DNA of 64,000 bases, from NCBI GenBank assembly GCA_038231275.1, contig JBBRLQ010000021.1:32001-96000 (forward strand), read 5' to 3'. Below are positions 20,462 to 31,342 of this stretch, piece after piece. The translations under genes were made by a program, and so were the position numbers. The stretch is from Polyangiales bacterium. Its GTDB lineage: Bacteria; Myxococcota_A; Polyangia; Polyangiales; Polyangiaceae. The number at the start of each line of letters is the position of its first letter. Position 1 is the first letter of the stretch. Below the pieces are notes generated by a model. It was not told the DNA's origin. It worked only from the letters and a program-made list of their open reading frames with translations, and did not search any database.

Positions 20462-22441
20462 GTGCGCGCCAAAGACGTCCTCGGCCCCGGCTCCCCGCTC
20501 GCCGGGCTCCTGTCGGCGTACGAGGACCGTCCCGCCCAGCTCGCGATGGCCGCCGCCGTCGAGGACGCGCTCCGCGCCGAGCAGCCGCTCCTGGTCGAGG
20601 CCGGCACCGGAACCGGCAAGACCCTCGCGTACTTGGTGCCAGCGATCCTGAGCGGCAAAAAGGTCGTCGTCTCGACTGCGACGCGTGCGCTGCAGGAGCA
20701 AATCATGACGCAAGATCTGCCCCTCGTCGCGCGGGCCCTCGCGCCGTTCGGGGTCGAGGTGAGCGCGGCGCTCATGAAGGGCTTACCGAATTACTTGTGC
20801 AAGCGCCGCTACGCCGAGCTGCTCACCACCGCGGGGGCGCGCGTGGCGACCGATCGGCACCTCGCGCGGATCGACACGTGGGCGCGCGAGACCGAGGTGG
20901 GCGATCGCGCCGAGCTCACTGATCTGCCCGAGGACGCCGAGGCGTGGCGCGAGGTCCAGTCCTCCACCGAGACGCGCATCGGTGCAAGGTGCACGTATTT
21001 CGACGAGTGCTTCGTCACGCGAATGCGCCGCGAGGCCGAGGACGCGCGCCTCGTCGTCGTGAACCACCACCTCTTCTTCGCCGACCTGGCGCTTCGGCGC
21101 GGGCGCGGCGGCGACTACGCCAGCGCCATTCCCAACTACGACGCCGTCATCTTCGACGAGGCCCACCAAATCGAGGACGTGGCGACCGATTTCTTCGGCG
21201 TCCGGGTATCCACCGCGCGCGTCGACGCCCTCGTCCGCGATGCGCGGCGGTCTTTGCTCTCGCTCGGGCAGCTCGAAGGCACGGGCGCGCGCCCGCTGCT
21301 CGATCTCGTCGAGGAGTCGTCGCGCGCGTTCTTCGCCACGCTCTCGCGACCCAGCGCCGAGTCGCGGCGCATCCTCACGGCCGACGACTGGACCGGCGAC
21401 GTCCTCGCCGCGTACGGCAAGCTCGATGCGTGCGTCGAAGCGCTCGCCGCGCACGCAGGAAAGTCCGCGCGTGACGAGGCGGTGCTCCTCGTCGCCCGCC
21501 GCGCGACCGAGCTGCGTGAGGATCTACGCACGATCCTCCGCGGCTCACGCGAAGCAGGCGATCGCGTCGCGTGGATCGATCTGCCCACCGGCGCACGCCG
21601 CACCGCTTCCCTGGGCGCAAGCCCCATCGAGCTCGGCCCCACGCTGCGCGAAGCCCTCTTCGATCGCGTCCCCGGCGTCATCCTGACGAGCGCGACGTTG
21701 GCCACGGCGGTCCTCGGCGCGGAGCCGAGCTTCCACTTCGCCAAGGCCCGCCTCGGCGCACCGCCCGAAGCGCGCGAGCTCGTCGTCCCTTCGCCCTTCG
21801 ACTTCGCGTCACGCGCGGCACTCTATGTCACGCGCTCGATGCCTGACCCGCAAGACCCCGGCTGGGACGCCGCGTGCGAGAGCCGCGCCGCCGATCTCAT
21901 CGCGATCACCGGCGGCGGCGCCTTCGTACTCTGCACCAGCAACCGCGCGATGCGGGCGATGCATGCGGCCCTGAAGAAGCGCCTCGACCTGCCGGTCTTC
22001 GTCCAGGGCGAGGCCCCCAAGCACCTCCTCTTGTCGAAGTTCCGCGCCGCCGGCAACGCGGTCCTCGTCGCGACGATGAGCTTCTGGGAAGGGGTGGACG
22101 TCCCCGGCCGCGCGCTTCGCCTCGTCGTGATCGACAAGATTCCGTTCGCGGTTCCCACCGATCCGGTCGTCGCGTCGCGCTCGCAGCAGATCGAGCGCGC
22201 CGGCGGCAACGCGTTCTCGCAGTACTCGGTGCCCAGCGCGGCGATCACATTGAAGCAGGGCTTTGGGCGCCTCATCCGCACGCAGACCGACGCCGGGATC
22301 GTCGCCATCCTCGACCCTCGCGTCCTCACGCGCGGCTACGGACGGATGCTCCTCGGGAGCCTGCCGCCCGCGCGCCAAATCCGCGACATCGACCAGCTCC
22401 GCGCCTTCTGGGAGCACGTCGACGAGGGCCACCCGGCCTGA
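20462..22441 (+). CDS. dinG: ATP-dependent DNA helicase, DinG/YoaA family
   Basis: EAGTGTGKT, VVNHHLFFAD, FDEAHQ, TSATL, SFWEGVDVPG, KQGFGRLIR. Confidence 0.93.
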   Translation: MRAKDVLGPGSPLAGLLSAYEDRPAQLAMAAAVEDALRAEQPLLVEAGTGTGKTLAYLVPAILSGKKVVVSTATRALQEQIMTQDLPLVARALAPFGVEVSAALMKGLPNYLCKRRYAELLTTAGARVATDRHLARIDTWARETEVGDRAELTDLPEDAEAWREVQSSTETRIGARCTYFDECFVTRMRREAEDARLVVVNHHLFFADLALRRGRGGDYASAIPNYDAVIFDEAHQIEDVATDFFGVRVSTARVDALVRDARRSLLSLGQLEGTGARPLLDLVEESSRAFFATLSRPSAESRRILTADDWTGDVLAAYGKLDACVEALAAHAGKSARDEAVLLVARRATELREDLRTILRGSREAGDRVAWIDLPTGARRTASLGASPIELGPTLREALFDRVPGVILTSATLATAVLGAEPSFHFAKARLGAPPEARELVVPSPFDFASRAALYVTRSMPDPQDPGWDAACESRAADLIAITGGGAFVLCTSNRAMRAMHAALKKRLDLPVFVQGEAPKHLLLSKFRAAGNAVLVATMSFWEGVDVPGRALRLVVIDKIPFAVPTDPVVASRSQQIERAGGNAFSQYSVPSAAITLKQGFGRLIRTQTDAGIVAILDPRVLTRGYGRMLLGSLPPARQIRDIDQLRAFWEHVDEGHPA

Positions 22442-22470
22442 GGCCTCTCCACCAGCTCCTCCTCTAGTAG

Positions 22471-23814
<1,344 letters not shown>

Positions 23815-23883
23815 CGGAATCCCCGCGGCCCATCGCGCGTAGAGACGTCACGAACTTTTCGCTTCAGGAGCCTCACGAACCCC

Positions 23884-25032
23884 ATGAAATCCAAGGTCGC
23901 CGTTCTCAAGTGCAAGCCGGAGACGATCCTCAAGGACATCGAGCGCCTCTGCGAGATGGCCGGCATGAGCCAGGCCCTCGAGAAGGGCAAGACGACGATC
24001 CTGAAGGACAACATCTCCTGGCACTACCCGTTCCCCGGCGCCAACTCGACGCCGTGGCAGATGGAGGGGACGATTCAGGCCCTCCGCAACGCGGGCTACC
24101 CCGACGTCTCGTGCGTGCAGAACAAGACCGTCGTGACGAACGCGTTCAAGGGTGAGGACCTCAACAAGTACGTCCCGCTCTTCAAGAAGTACGACATCCC
24201 CGTCCTCTACAACTTCAAAGACAGCGACATGAAGTGGGTCGAGTACCGGCCCAAGGCGAAGATGCACGTGCTCAACAAGATCTTCCCCGAGGGCATCTTC
24301 ATCCCCGACTACTTCTTCGGGAAGAACATCGTCCACCTGCCGACGGTGAAGTGTCACATCTACACGACCACGACTGGCGCCATGAAGAACGCGTTCGGCG
24401 GGCTGCTCGCGACCAAGCGTCACTACACGCACTCGTGGATCCACCGCACGCTCGTCGATCTCCTCGCGATCCAGAAGGAGATCCATTCGGGCCTCTTCGC
24501 GATCATGGACGGAACGACCGCCGGCAACGGGCCGGGCCCCCGCACGATGATCCCGGTCATCAAGGACTACATGCTCGCGAGCAGCGATCAGGTCGCCATC
24601 GACGCGGTCGCCGCCAAGATGATGGGCTTCGATCCGCTGAGCCTCGAGTTCATCAAGGTCGCTCACGACGACGGGCTAGGAGTCGGCGATCCGCGGGACA
24701 TCGAGATCGTCGGCGACGACATCTCGAAGGAGAGCTGGGGCTTTCAGGTCGGCGACAACGGCGCGAGCAAGGTCGGCGACTTCATGTGGTTCGGGCCGAT
24801 GAAGAAGTTCCAGAAGATCTTCTTCCACACGCCGCTGGTGAACGTCTTCATCTTCGGCAGCGAGGCCTACCACGACTATTACCGGTGGCCGATGAAGGAC
24901 AAGAAGACCTTCGAGAACTGGAAAGAGGAGACGTCGTGGGGCCGACTCTTCGCGGCGTACGAGCGGGGGGAGGCCGAGCGCGTCACCGGACCGTCTCCGC
25001 GCGGCGGAAGCGCGGCGCACCCTTCGGCCTGA
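23884..25032 (+). CDS. DUF362 domain protein (putative Fe-S)
   Basis: VHLPTVKCH..TTTTGAMKNAFG, DGTTAGNGPGP, DQVAIDAVAAKMMGFDP. Confidence 0.85.
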   Translation: MKSKVAVLKCKPETILKDIERLCEMAGMSQALEKGKTTILKDNISWHYPFPGANSTPWQMEGTIQALRNAGYPDVSCVQNKTVVTNAFKGEDLNKYVPLFKKYDIPVLYNFKDSDMKWVEYRPKAKMHVLNKIFPEGIFIPDYFFGKNIVHLPTVKCHIYTTTTGAMKNAFGGLLATKRHYTHSWIHRTLVDLLAIQKEIHSGLFAIMDGTTAGNGPGPRTMIPVIKDYMLASSDQVAIDAVAAKMMGFDPLSLEFIKVAHDDGLGVGDPRDIEIVGDDISKESWGFQVGDNGASKVGDFMWFGPMKKFQKIFFHTPLVNVFIFGSEAYHDYYRWPMKDKKTFENWKEETSWGRLFAAYERGEAERVTGPSPRGGSAAHPSA

Positions 25033-25134
25033 GCGATCGGTGCGGCCAAAAAGGCGCAAAAAGCGTAGGCGGTGGAAAAATCCGCCCTGGCGATTGGGAC
25101 ACGCCCGGGGCGGGTGATGTAAGATCCGCTGCGA

Positions 25135-27606
25135 GTGAAGACGATCGAAGAGCTGCTTCGCAATCTCGCGCGCCCCGAGGTGCTCGAGTTTGCCTTGGCG
25201 AGCGATCGGCTGCCTTGCGTGAAGGTCGGCGGCTCGTTTCAGCCCGTCGACGGAGCGGCGCCGACGACCGACGCGATCCTCCAGATGCTCGTCGGCGTCG
25301 GGGGTAGCCGGTACGTCGAGTCGCTCACGGCGAAGCCGACGCAGTGGACCACGCGGGTCGATGGCCTCGGCGTCATCACGATCTCCGCCATCATGCGCAA
25401 CGACGTCGTGCAGGCGCGGTTCACGCTGACGAAGCGCGAGATCCCGAGCGTGCAGGCGCGGCCGGTGCCGCCGACGATCTCGAAGGACACCGTGACGGTG
25501 ACCCCGACGGCCCCGCAACAGGTCGCGAGCGCGAAGCAGAGCTCGAGGCGCGACGCGGCCGAGCCGCCGCCGACCACCGCGCCCGCGCCACTGCCGCCCT
25601 CGCACGGCGACGACGACGACGAGCCGACGCTGATGAACCAGCCGCCCGCGTCGCCGCAGCCGGCGCAGTCGCGGCCGCGCCTCGAAGTCCCGCTCGAGAT
25701 CGAGCTCGACGACGGAGATCGATCACCGTCGCAGGCTGTCGCGACGGTGGCGCCCGTCCCCCAGGTCCCGCCGCCGAGGCCGCCGCTGCCGTCTCCGCTC
25801 GACGACGACGACGCGACCGCCGAGATCGACATCCCGACGGGCCCGGGGCCGCACCTCCCTCCCATCGTCGTCGTGAACCACCCGCCGTCCTCGCAGCGGC
25901 AGGTCGCAGCGCCGACGACGTCCCCGCGGCCGTCGTCGGAGGGTAGGGTATCGACCGCGACGCAGCCGCTCTCGACCGCGCCAGCCACGACGAAAGCTGC
26001 GCCCCCGAGCGCGATGCTGAAGGACGGGAAGGAGACGGTCCGCGGTCTCGGTCTCGGGGAGGACCGAAAGCCGGAGGTGCAGCCGATGGCTCCGCCGCCG
26101 AAGTCGTCGCCGCAGGTCGTGCCGCCGCCGCTGGCCTTCGCGCCGCCGCCCGCGCCCGCGCCGCCGCCGCCGTCCGCGCCGGGTCCTGTCACGCCGCCTC
26201 CGGTCGTAGCCAAGCCCGCGCCGTCGCCGCAGCCCGCGCAGGTCGCCGCCAAGCCTGCGCCGGTTCCTGCGCCGCCGCCGGTCGTCCCCGCCGCGCGCGC
26301 AGGGCGTGACAAGCACGGAGAAGATCCGAGCTCGCCGAGCATCAGCATCAGCATCGCGGAGACCGCGATCATCGGGCAGGGCTCGGGCAGCTCAATGCAG
26401 CCGTCGACCGGCATGGGGCTCGACGAGCTCCTCGGTCTCGCGCGCAACGCGAAGGCCAGCGATCTTCACGTCGCTGCCGGCCGCCCCGCGCTCCTGCGGA
26501 TCGCCGGGGAGCTCGTGCCGCGAACGGCGGAGTTCGAGGGGCAGGTGCTCGACAGCATCGCGCGCGAGATCGTCCCGGCGCGCGCGCGGCGAGCGCTCGA
26601 AGAGGACGGCGCGTGCGACTTCGCATTCGACCACCCGACGCACGGTCGCTTCCGCGTGAACGTGTCGCGGCAGCGCACCGGGATCAAGCTCTGCGTCCGC
26701 GTGATCCCTCGGCAAATACCGTCGATCGCGTCCCTCGGCCTGCCGGAGCTCGTCGCGCGCGGCGTCCGCCATCACCAGGGCCTCGTCCTCGTCACCGGCC
26801 CGGCCGGGCACGGAAAGACGACGACGCTTGCGGCGCTCGTCGATCGCATCAACGACGATCCGTCGCTCCACGTCGTCACGGTCGAAGATCCCATCGAGTT
26901 CCGCCACCCCAGGAAGCGCGCGCTCCTCAGCCAGCGCGAGGTCGGCACTCACACGGCTTCGTTCGCCACGGCGCTCGCCGCGGCGCTGCGCGAGGATCCG
27001 GACGTCATCGTCGTCGGTGAGCTGCGCGACGCGGAGACGGTACGCATGGCGCTCTCCGCGAGCGAGACCGGGCACCTCGTCCTAGGCACGATGAGCTCGC
27101 CCTCGGCCGCCAAGACGATCGATCGCGTGATCGATCTCTTCCCGCTGTCGGAGCAAGAGCAGGTCCGCCTGACGCTCGCCGGGGCGCTACGGCTGATCGT
27201 GAGCCAGCGCCTCGTCCCGAGCGCCGATCACTCGCGGCTGCACGTCGCGGTCGACTTGCTGCCCGGATCGATCTCCCTCTACACCCTCATCCGAGACGGC
27301 AAGACGCTCCAGATCCCCAGCCTCCAGCAGCGTGGACGTGCGAGCGGCATCGTGCGCATCGACGACTCGCTCGCCGAGCTCGTGCGCGCCGGAACCGTGG
27401 ATATCGCGATGGCGAGGAGCTTCGCCGAGGCGCCGGACGATTTCGACGCGCTCGTCGGCCGGGCGCCGCCGCCACCCGCGCAGGTCCCGTCCCCGCCGCA
27501 CGCCCAAGGCGGGATGCTCCCCCGAAAACGCGCGCCCGAAGAGGCCGCGATGGATCTCGGCGGCCTGCTCTCCAAGGCCGGCTCGCTGTTCGGGAAGAAG
27601 GGCTGA
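25135..27606 (+). CDS. pilT: PilT/PilU-family ATPase with extra N-terminal PilT-N-like domain and ~300-aa Pro-rich linker
   Basis: ASDLH, GRFRVN, GPAGHGKTT, TVEDPIE, QREVG, LREDPDVIVVGELRD, ETGHLV. Confidence 0.85.
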   Translation: MKTIEELLRNLARPEVLEFALASDRLPCVKVGGSFQPVDGAAPTTDAILQMLVGVGGSRYVESLTAKPTQWTTRVDGLGVITISAIMRNDVVQARFTLTKREIPSVQARPVPPTISKDTVTVTPTAPQQVASAKQSSRRDAAEPPPTTAPAPLPPSHGDDDDEPTLMNQPPASPQPAQSRPRLEVPLEIELDDGDRSPSQAVATVAPVPQVPPPRPPLPSPLDDDDATAEIDIPTGPGPHLPPIVVVNHPPSSQRQVAAPTTSPRPSSEGRVSTATQPLSTAPATTKAAPPSAMLKDGKETVRGLGLGEDRKPEVQPMAPPPKSSPQVVPPPLAFAPPPAPAPPPPSAPGPVTPPPVVAKPAPSPQPAQVAAKPAPVPAPPPVVPAARAGRDKHGEDPSSPSISISIAETAIIGQGSGSSMQPSTGMGLDELLGLARNAKASDLHVAAGRPALLRIAGELVPRTAEFEGQVLDSIAREIVPARARRALEEDGACDFAFDHPTHGRFRVNVSRQRTGIKLCVRVIPRQIPSIASLGLPELVARGVRHHQGLVLVTGPAGHGKTTTLAALVDRINDDPSLHVVTVEDPIEFRHPRKRALLSQREVGTHTASFATALAAALREDPDVIVVGELRDAETVRMALSASETGHLVLGTMSSPSAAKTIDRVIDLFPLSEQEQVRLTLAGALRLIVSQRLVPSADHSRLHVAVDLLPGSISLYTLIRDGKTLQIPSLQQRGRASGIVRIDDSLAELVRAGTVDIAMARSFAEAPDDFDALVGRAPPPPAQVPSPPHAQGGMLPRKRAPEEAAMDLGGLLSKAGSLFGKKG

Positions 27607-27609
27607 CAC

Positions 27610-28704
27610 GTGGCGAAGATCGATCGCCTGTTCGACGACCTCATCGCCAAAGGCGGGAGCGATCTCCACCTCGGCGTCGGCTACCCGCCGCTCGCGCGCG
27701 CGCGCGGTGAGCTAGTGCCGCTGCGCGATGCGCCAGTCGACGCGGCGGAGATGGCGTCGCTCCTCTTCGAGATCACGACGCCGGACCAGCGGAAGAAGGC
27801 GGAGGAGTCGCGCGATCTCGACTTTGGGTACGCCTTCGGCGACAAGGCGCGCTTCCGCGCGAACTACTTCTACAAGGCGACCGGGCTCGCCGCCGCGTTC
27901 CGCCTCGTCCCGAGCAAAGTCCAGTCGCTCACGGATCTCGGTTGTCCCGACGTCCTGCGCCGGCTCGCCGATCGCCGATCCGGGCTCGTCCTCGTCACCG
28001 GCCCCACCGGCAGCGGCAAGAGCACGACGCTCGCGGCGATGGTCGATCACGTCAACGACACGCGCGCGTGCCACATCCTCACGATCGAGGATCCGATCGA
28101 ATTCGTCCACGAGCCCAAGAAGGCCGCGGTGACCCATCGCGAGATCGGCGTTCACGCGTCGAGCTTCGCCGCGGCCATGCGGAGCGCCGGGCGCGAGGAT
28201 ACGCAAGTCGTCCTCATCGGCGAGCTGCGCGGCAAGGAGACGATGCTCCTCGCCCTCCAGCTCGCGAGTCAGGGCATCCTCGTCTTGTCGACGCTCCACA
28301 CGAACGGTGCTGCGTCGACGATTGATCGCGTCATCAACGCGTTCCCGGAAGGCGAGCAGTCGCAGGTGCGCGGGATGCTCGCAGAGTCCTTGATCGGCGT
28401 CGTGTCGCAGCAGCTCCTCCGCCTCAAGGAAGGGGAGGGGCGTGTCGCGGCGATGGAGATCCTCGTCGGCTCGAGCGCGCTGTCCTCGATGATCCGCGAG
28501 GGCAAGATGCACCAGATCGGGAGCGTCATGCAGGGCGGTCAGAACGCCGGAATGCAGACGATGGATATGGCGCTCGATCGGTTGCTCGCCGCCGGGAGGA
28601 TTCTGCCGGAGGACGCGCTTGGCGTCGCGAACGACAAAGAGGCCTTCGCGCGTATCGTGGCGAGGACGCGCCCCGATCTCGTCGACCCGAATCACTACGG
28701 GTAA
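27610..28704 (+). CDS. pilT: PilT-family type IV pilus retraction ATPase paralogue
   Basis: GSDLHL, RFRAN, GPTGSGKST, TIEDPIE, STLHT, GMQTMD. Confidence 0.9.
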   Translation: MAKIDRLFDDLIAKGGSDLHLGVGYPPLARARGELVPLRDAPVDAAEMASLLFEITTPDQRKKAEESRDLDFGYAFGDKARFRANYFYKATGLAAAFRLVPSKVQSLTDLGCPDVLRRLADRRSGLVLVTGPTGSGKSTTLAAMVDHVNDTRACHILTIEDPIEFVHEPKKAAVTHREIGVHASSFAAAMRSAGREDTQVVLIGELRGKETMLLALQLASQGILVLSTLHTNGAASTIDRVINAFPEGEQSQVRGMLAESLIGVVSQQLLRLKEGEGRVAAMEILVGSSALSSMIREGKMHQIGSVMQGGQNAGMQTMDMALDRLLAAGRILPEDALGVANDKEAFARIVARTRPDLVDPNHYG

Positions 28705-28725
28705 GAGAGTCCCAGACGAACGCGG

Positions 28726-30276
28726 CTACATCGCGCGGCGGGCGTATGTGGACCAGTCGGCGCGGAGGCCGCGGGCGATTTTCAGGGCCATGCTCATCAC
28801 TGGGAGCTGGGAGTTCACGCCGATGCTCGTGGGGAGGACGCTGCCGTCGGCGATGATGAGGTTGTCGCAGCTCCAGGCTTCGCCGGTGGGCTTCACGACG
28901 CCGCCGCGCGGATCGATGCTCATTTTCGCGGAGCCGAGCGGGTGGAAGGCCATGCACTCGATGCGCTTCGCGCTGGGGGGGCGTTCGGTGAGAAAGTCCA
29001 GCTCGGCTTCCGATTTGAACGTGGTCGAGCCGAAGATGGGGAGGAGCACTTCTTTTGCGCCGGCGGCGAAGGCCATTTTGCCGACGATCTGGATCCCGCG
29101 GAGGAGGCGCGCCTTGTCGCGCGGCGACATGCGGTAGAGGAGGAGCGGCTCGCGCGAGATCCAGCGGCGCACTTGGCCGCCGCCCTCGTCGTGGATCATG
29201 CCGCCGAAGAAGGCGAGGTTGGGGAGGCGCTTGGCGAGGCGGCGGTGCTCGCGGCCGACGCCGGGGAAGGCAGCGGCGAGGACGTTCACCGCGGTGTAGA
29301 CGCCGACCAGCGTGATGCCGTCGTCGTGGAAGTGATCGGAGTAGACGCTCTGGAGCGCGCCGTCCCAGCCGTGAACGGCTTCGTCGAAGAGGGCGCCGAC
29401 GCGGAAGCCGGGATGGAGGGTGACGTGGCGACCGATGTCGACGTCGTCCATGCCGCTGCGCCGGAGGAGCACCGGCGTGTGGAGCGAGCCGCACGCGACG
29501 ATGACGACCTTGGCGGCGACCTCGAACGCGATCTTGGGCTCGCCAGTGACGGGATCGAGGAGCCGGCCGCGCACGCCGGTCGCGCGTCCGCCGGCCATGT
29601 CGATCTTTTCGGCGAGGGCGTCGGAGAGAATGGTCGCGCCGTGCTGAACCGCGTCGGGGAGAAACGAGACGTCGACGCTCATCTTCGCGCCGTTGGGGCA
29701 GCCGAAGTTGCAGCGTGACGCTCCTTTGCAGCCGCTCGTGTTTCGCCGCAGGCTCTTGATGGGGATGCCCATCTTGTCGGCCCCCTCGACGAAGAGCTCC
29801 GTCGAGCGCGAGCGCATGTGATCAGGGACCGTCTCGACGTGGATGTCGCGCTCGATCTCCGAAAAATAGGGGTCGAGCGCGTCGGGGCTGACGTCGGGGA
29901 GCTTCAGATCATTCGACCAGCCGTGCAGGATGTCCTCGGGAACGCGGAAGCAGACGCCGCCGGTGAGGACGCTCGACCCGCCGACGCATTTTCCGGCGAG
30001 GGTCGCGATGAGCGGCGTGTCTCCGAGCCCGACCGCCGCCGACAGCCCGGCCTCGCGAAAGAGGCTGCGGATTGCCTCCGACGGCGGCATCGCGCCGTAT
30101 TGCTCCTTGGTGTAGTGCCCGCCTTCTTCGAGGACGAGAACGCTTCGCCCGTCCCGCGCGAGCTCCCGCGCGAGCACAGCGCCGCCCGCGCCCGATCCGA
30201 CGATGACGGCGTCGACCTTCGCGCGGAAGGGGCGCGTCATCTCTCGGCCGCGGAGGTATTCGCCGGGGGTGTTCAT
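28726..30276 (-). CDS. GMC family oxidoreductase (FAD)
   Basis: IVGSGAGG, VLEEG, GKCVGGSSV, FHPLGSAKM, ADGSVLPTSIGVN. Confidence 0.92.
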   Translation of the reverse strand: MNTPGEYLRGREMTRPFRAKVDAVIVGSGAGGAVLARELARDGRSVLVLEEGGHYTKEQYGAMPPSEAIRSLFREAGLSAAVGLGDTPLIATLAGKCVGGSSVLTGGVCFRVPEDILHGWSNDLKLPDVSPDALDPYFSEIERDIHVETVPDHMRSRSTELFVEGADKMGIPIKSLRRNTSGCKGASRCNFGCPNGAKMSVDVSFLPDAVQHGATILSDALAEKIDMAGGRATGVRGRLLDPVTGEPKIAFEVAAKVVIVACGSLHTPVLLRRSGMDDVDIGRHVTLHPGFRVGALFDEAVHGWDGALQSVYSDHFHDDGITLVGVYTAVNVLAAAFPGVGREHRRLAKRLPNLAFFGGMIHDEGGGQVRRWISREPLLLYRMSPRDKARLLRGIQIVGKMAFAAGAKEVLLPIFGSTTFKSEAELDFLTERPPSAKRIECMAFHPLGSAKMSIDPRGGVVKPTGEAWSCDNLIIADGSVLPTSIGVNSQLPVMSMALKIARGLRADWSTYARRAM

Positions 30277-30827
30277 GAGGTCGTGGTCGCGGTCGCGGTC
30301 GTGGTCGTGGTCGTGGTCGTGGTCGCGGCCGCAAGCGGGGTCGGGATCGCCGTCGGGGTCGTCAGAGGAAGCCCGCGCCGATACCGATGGCGTTCAGGCC
30401 CGGGATACCCCAGTGCGGAGAGCTCGATCGCCGATTCGAAGAACAGGATCGACATGATGGTTTTGTACGCGACGACGATCAGCGTCAGCTCCGCGATCTT
30501 CGAGCGATCCATCGCCTCGAGCATCCGCGTTTTTTCCGCGCGTGGCAGCCCCTCGAACGTCGAGAAGCGGCCCAGCACGAACAGCGGTGCCCATCGGACG
30601 ACATCGAGCATCACGAGCAGGCCCCACCGCAGCGTCTTGCTCGCCGGGCTCACGAAGCGATCGACCTCGTCGACGAACGCGTCGAGCTGCGCAGGCTCGA
30701 CCTCGCCGTCCGCGGAGAAAAACGCCTCGGCGAGCCCACGAACGACGGGCCGATGCCGCGCCCGAAATGTGGTTCGTTGGTAGGGGCGGGGAGGCGCGGG
30801 ACTCGTGAGAGGAGCGGAGGGGCTCAC
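30273..30827 (-). CDS. Small GMC partner protein (gluconate 2-dehydrogenase subunit 3-like), poly-Thr tail
   Basis: ATGA-coupled to the GMC gene; helical, with FEGLPRAEKTRML and ALGYPGP motifs. Confidence 0.65.
   Translation of the reverse strand: MSPSAPLTSPAPPRPYQRTTFRARHRPVVRGLAEAFFSADGEVEPAQLDAFVDEVDRFVSPASKTLRWGLLVMLDVVRWAPLFVLGRFSTFEGLPRAEKTRMLEAMDRSKIAELTLIVVAYKTIMSILFFESAIELSALGYPGPERHRYRRGLPLTTPTAIPTPLAAATTTTTTTTTATATTTS
30279..30326. repeat. Hexamer microsatellite (GGTCGY)x8
   Basis: Eight GGTCGT/GGTCGC units encoding the Thr/Ala tail. Confidence 0.9.
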
Positions 30828-30866
30828 CCCCTCACTTTACGGCACGCGTCCAAAAAGATTTGGAAT

Positions 30867-31259
30867 TCAGCGGCGGTGGCGAGGCGCCGCGTACGAGCTC
30901 ATAGTGCCGCCGCGGTAATGGTACCCGTACGATCCGAAGCCGCCGCGGCCCTGGTAACGGAAGGGCTCCTGCACCCAAGGCCAGTGCGGGCCGACGTGCG
31001 GCGACGGCGTGAGCGGCCCGTCCCCGATGAAGCCGAGCGAGACGCTGCGCGGACGGTCGCGCGGGACCGGCGCCGGATCGAAGACGGCAGGCACCGGCGC
31101 CATCGTGTAGGCGGCCTCCGCACTGGCTCCAGGTGTCTCGAGGTCCCAGACCTGCTCCGGCGACTTCGGCTCGAGCTCGGATTCGTGGCACCCCGCGAGG
31201 GCGGCGGCCACGAGGAGAACCAGGATGTGGCAGGCGGAGGGAGAAGGGCGGGGGCGCAT
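30867..31259 (-). CDS. Small hypothetical lipoprotein
   Basis: LLVAAALAG-C lipobox; SVSLGFIGDGPL; Gly/Tyr-rich C-terminus. Confidence 0.6.
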   Translation of the reverse strand: MRPRPSPSACHILVLLVAAALAGCHESELEPKSPEQVWDLETPGASAEAAYTMAPVPAVFDPAPVPRDRPRSVSLGFIGDGPLTPSPHVGPHWPWVQEPFRYQGRGGFGSYGYHYRGGTMSSYAAPRHRR

Positions 31260-31342
31260 CGGCTTCCCCCTTTGCAATTCGTCGACCATGGCCATCACCC
31301 CAATTTTTTCTCGGAATAGCCGGTACCGCGGGACCGCGCGCC

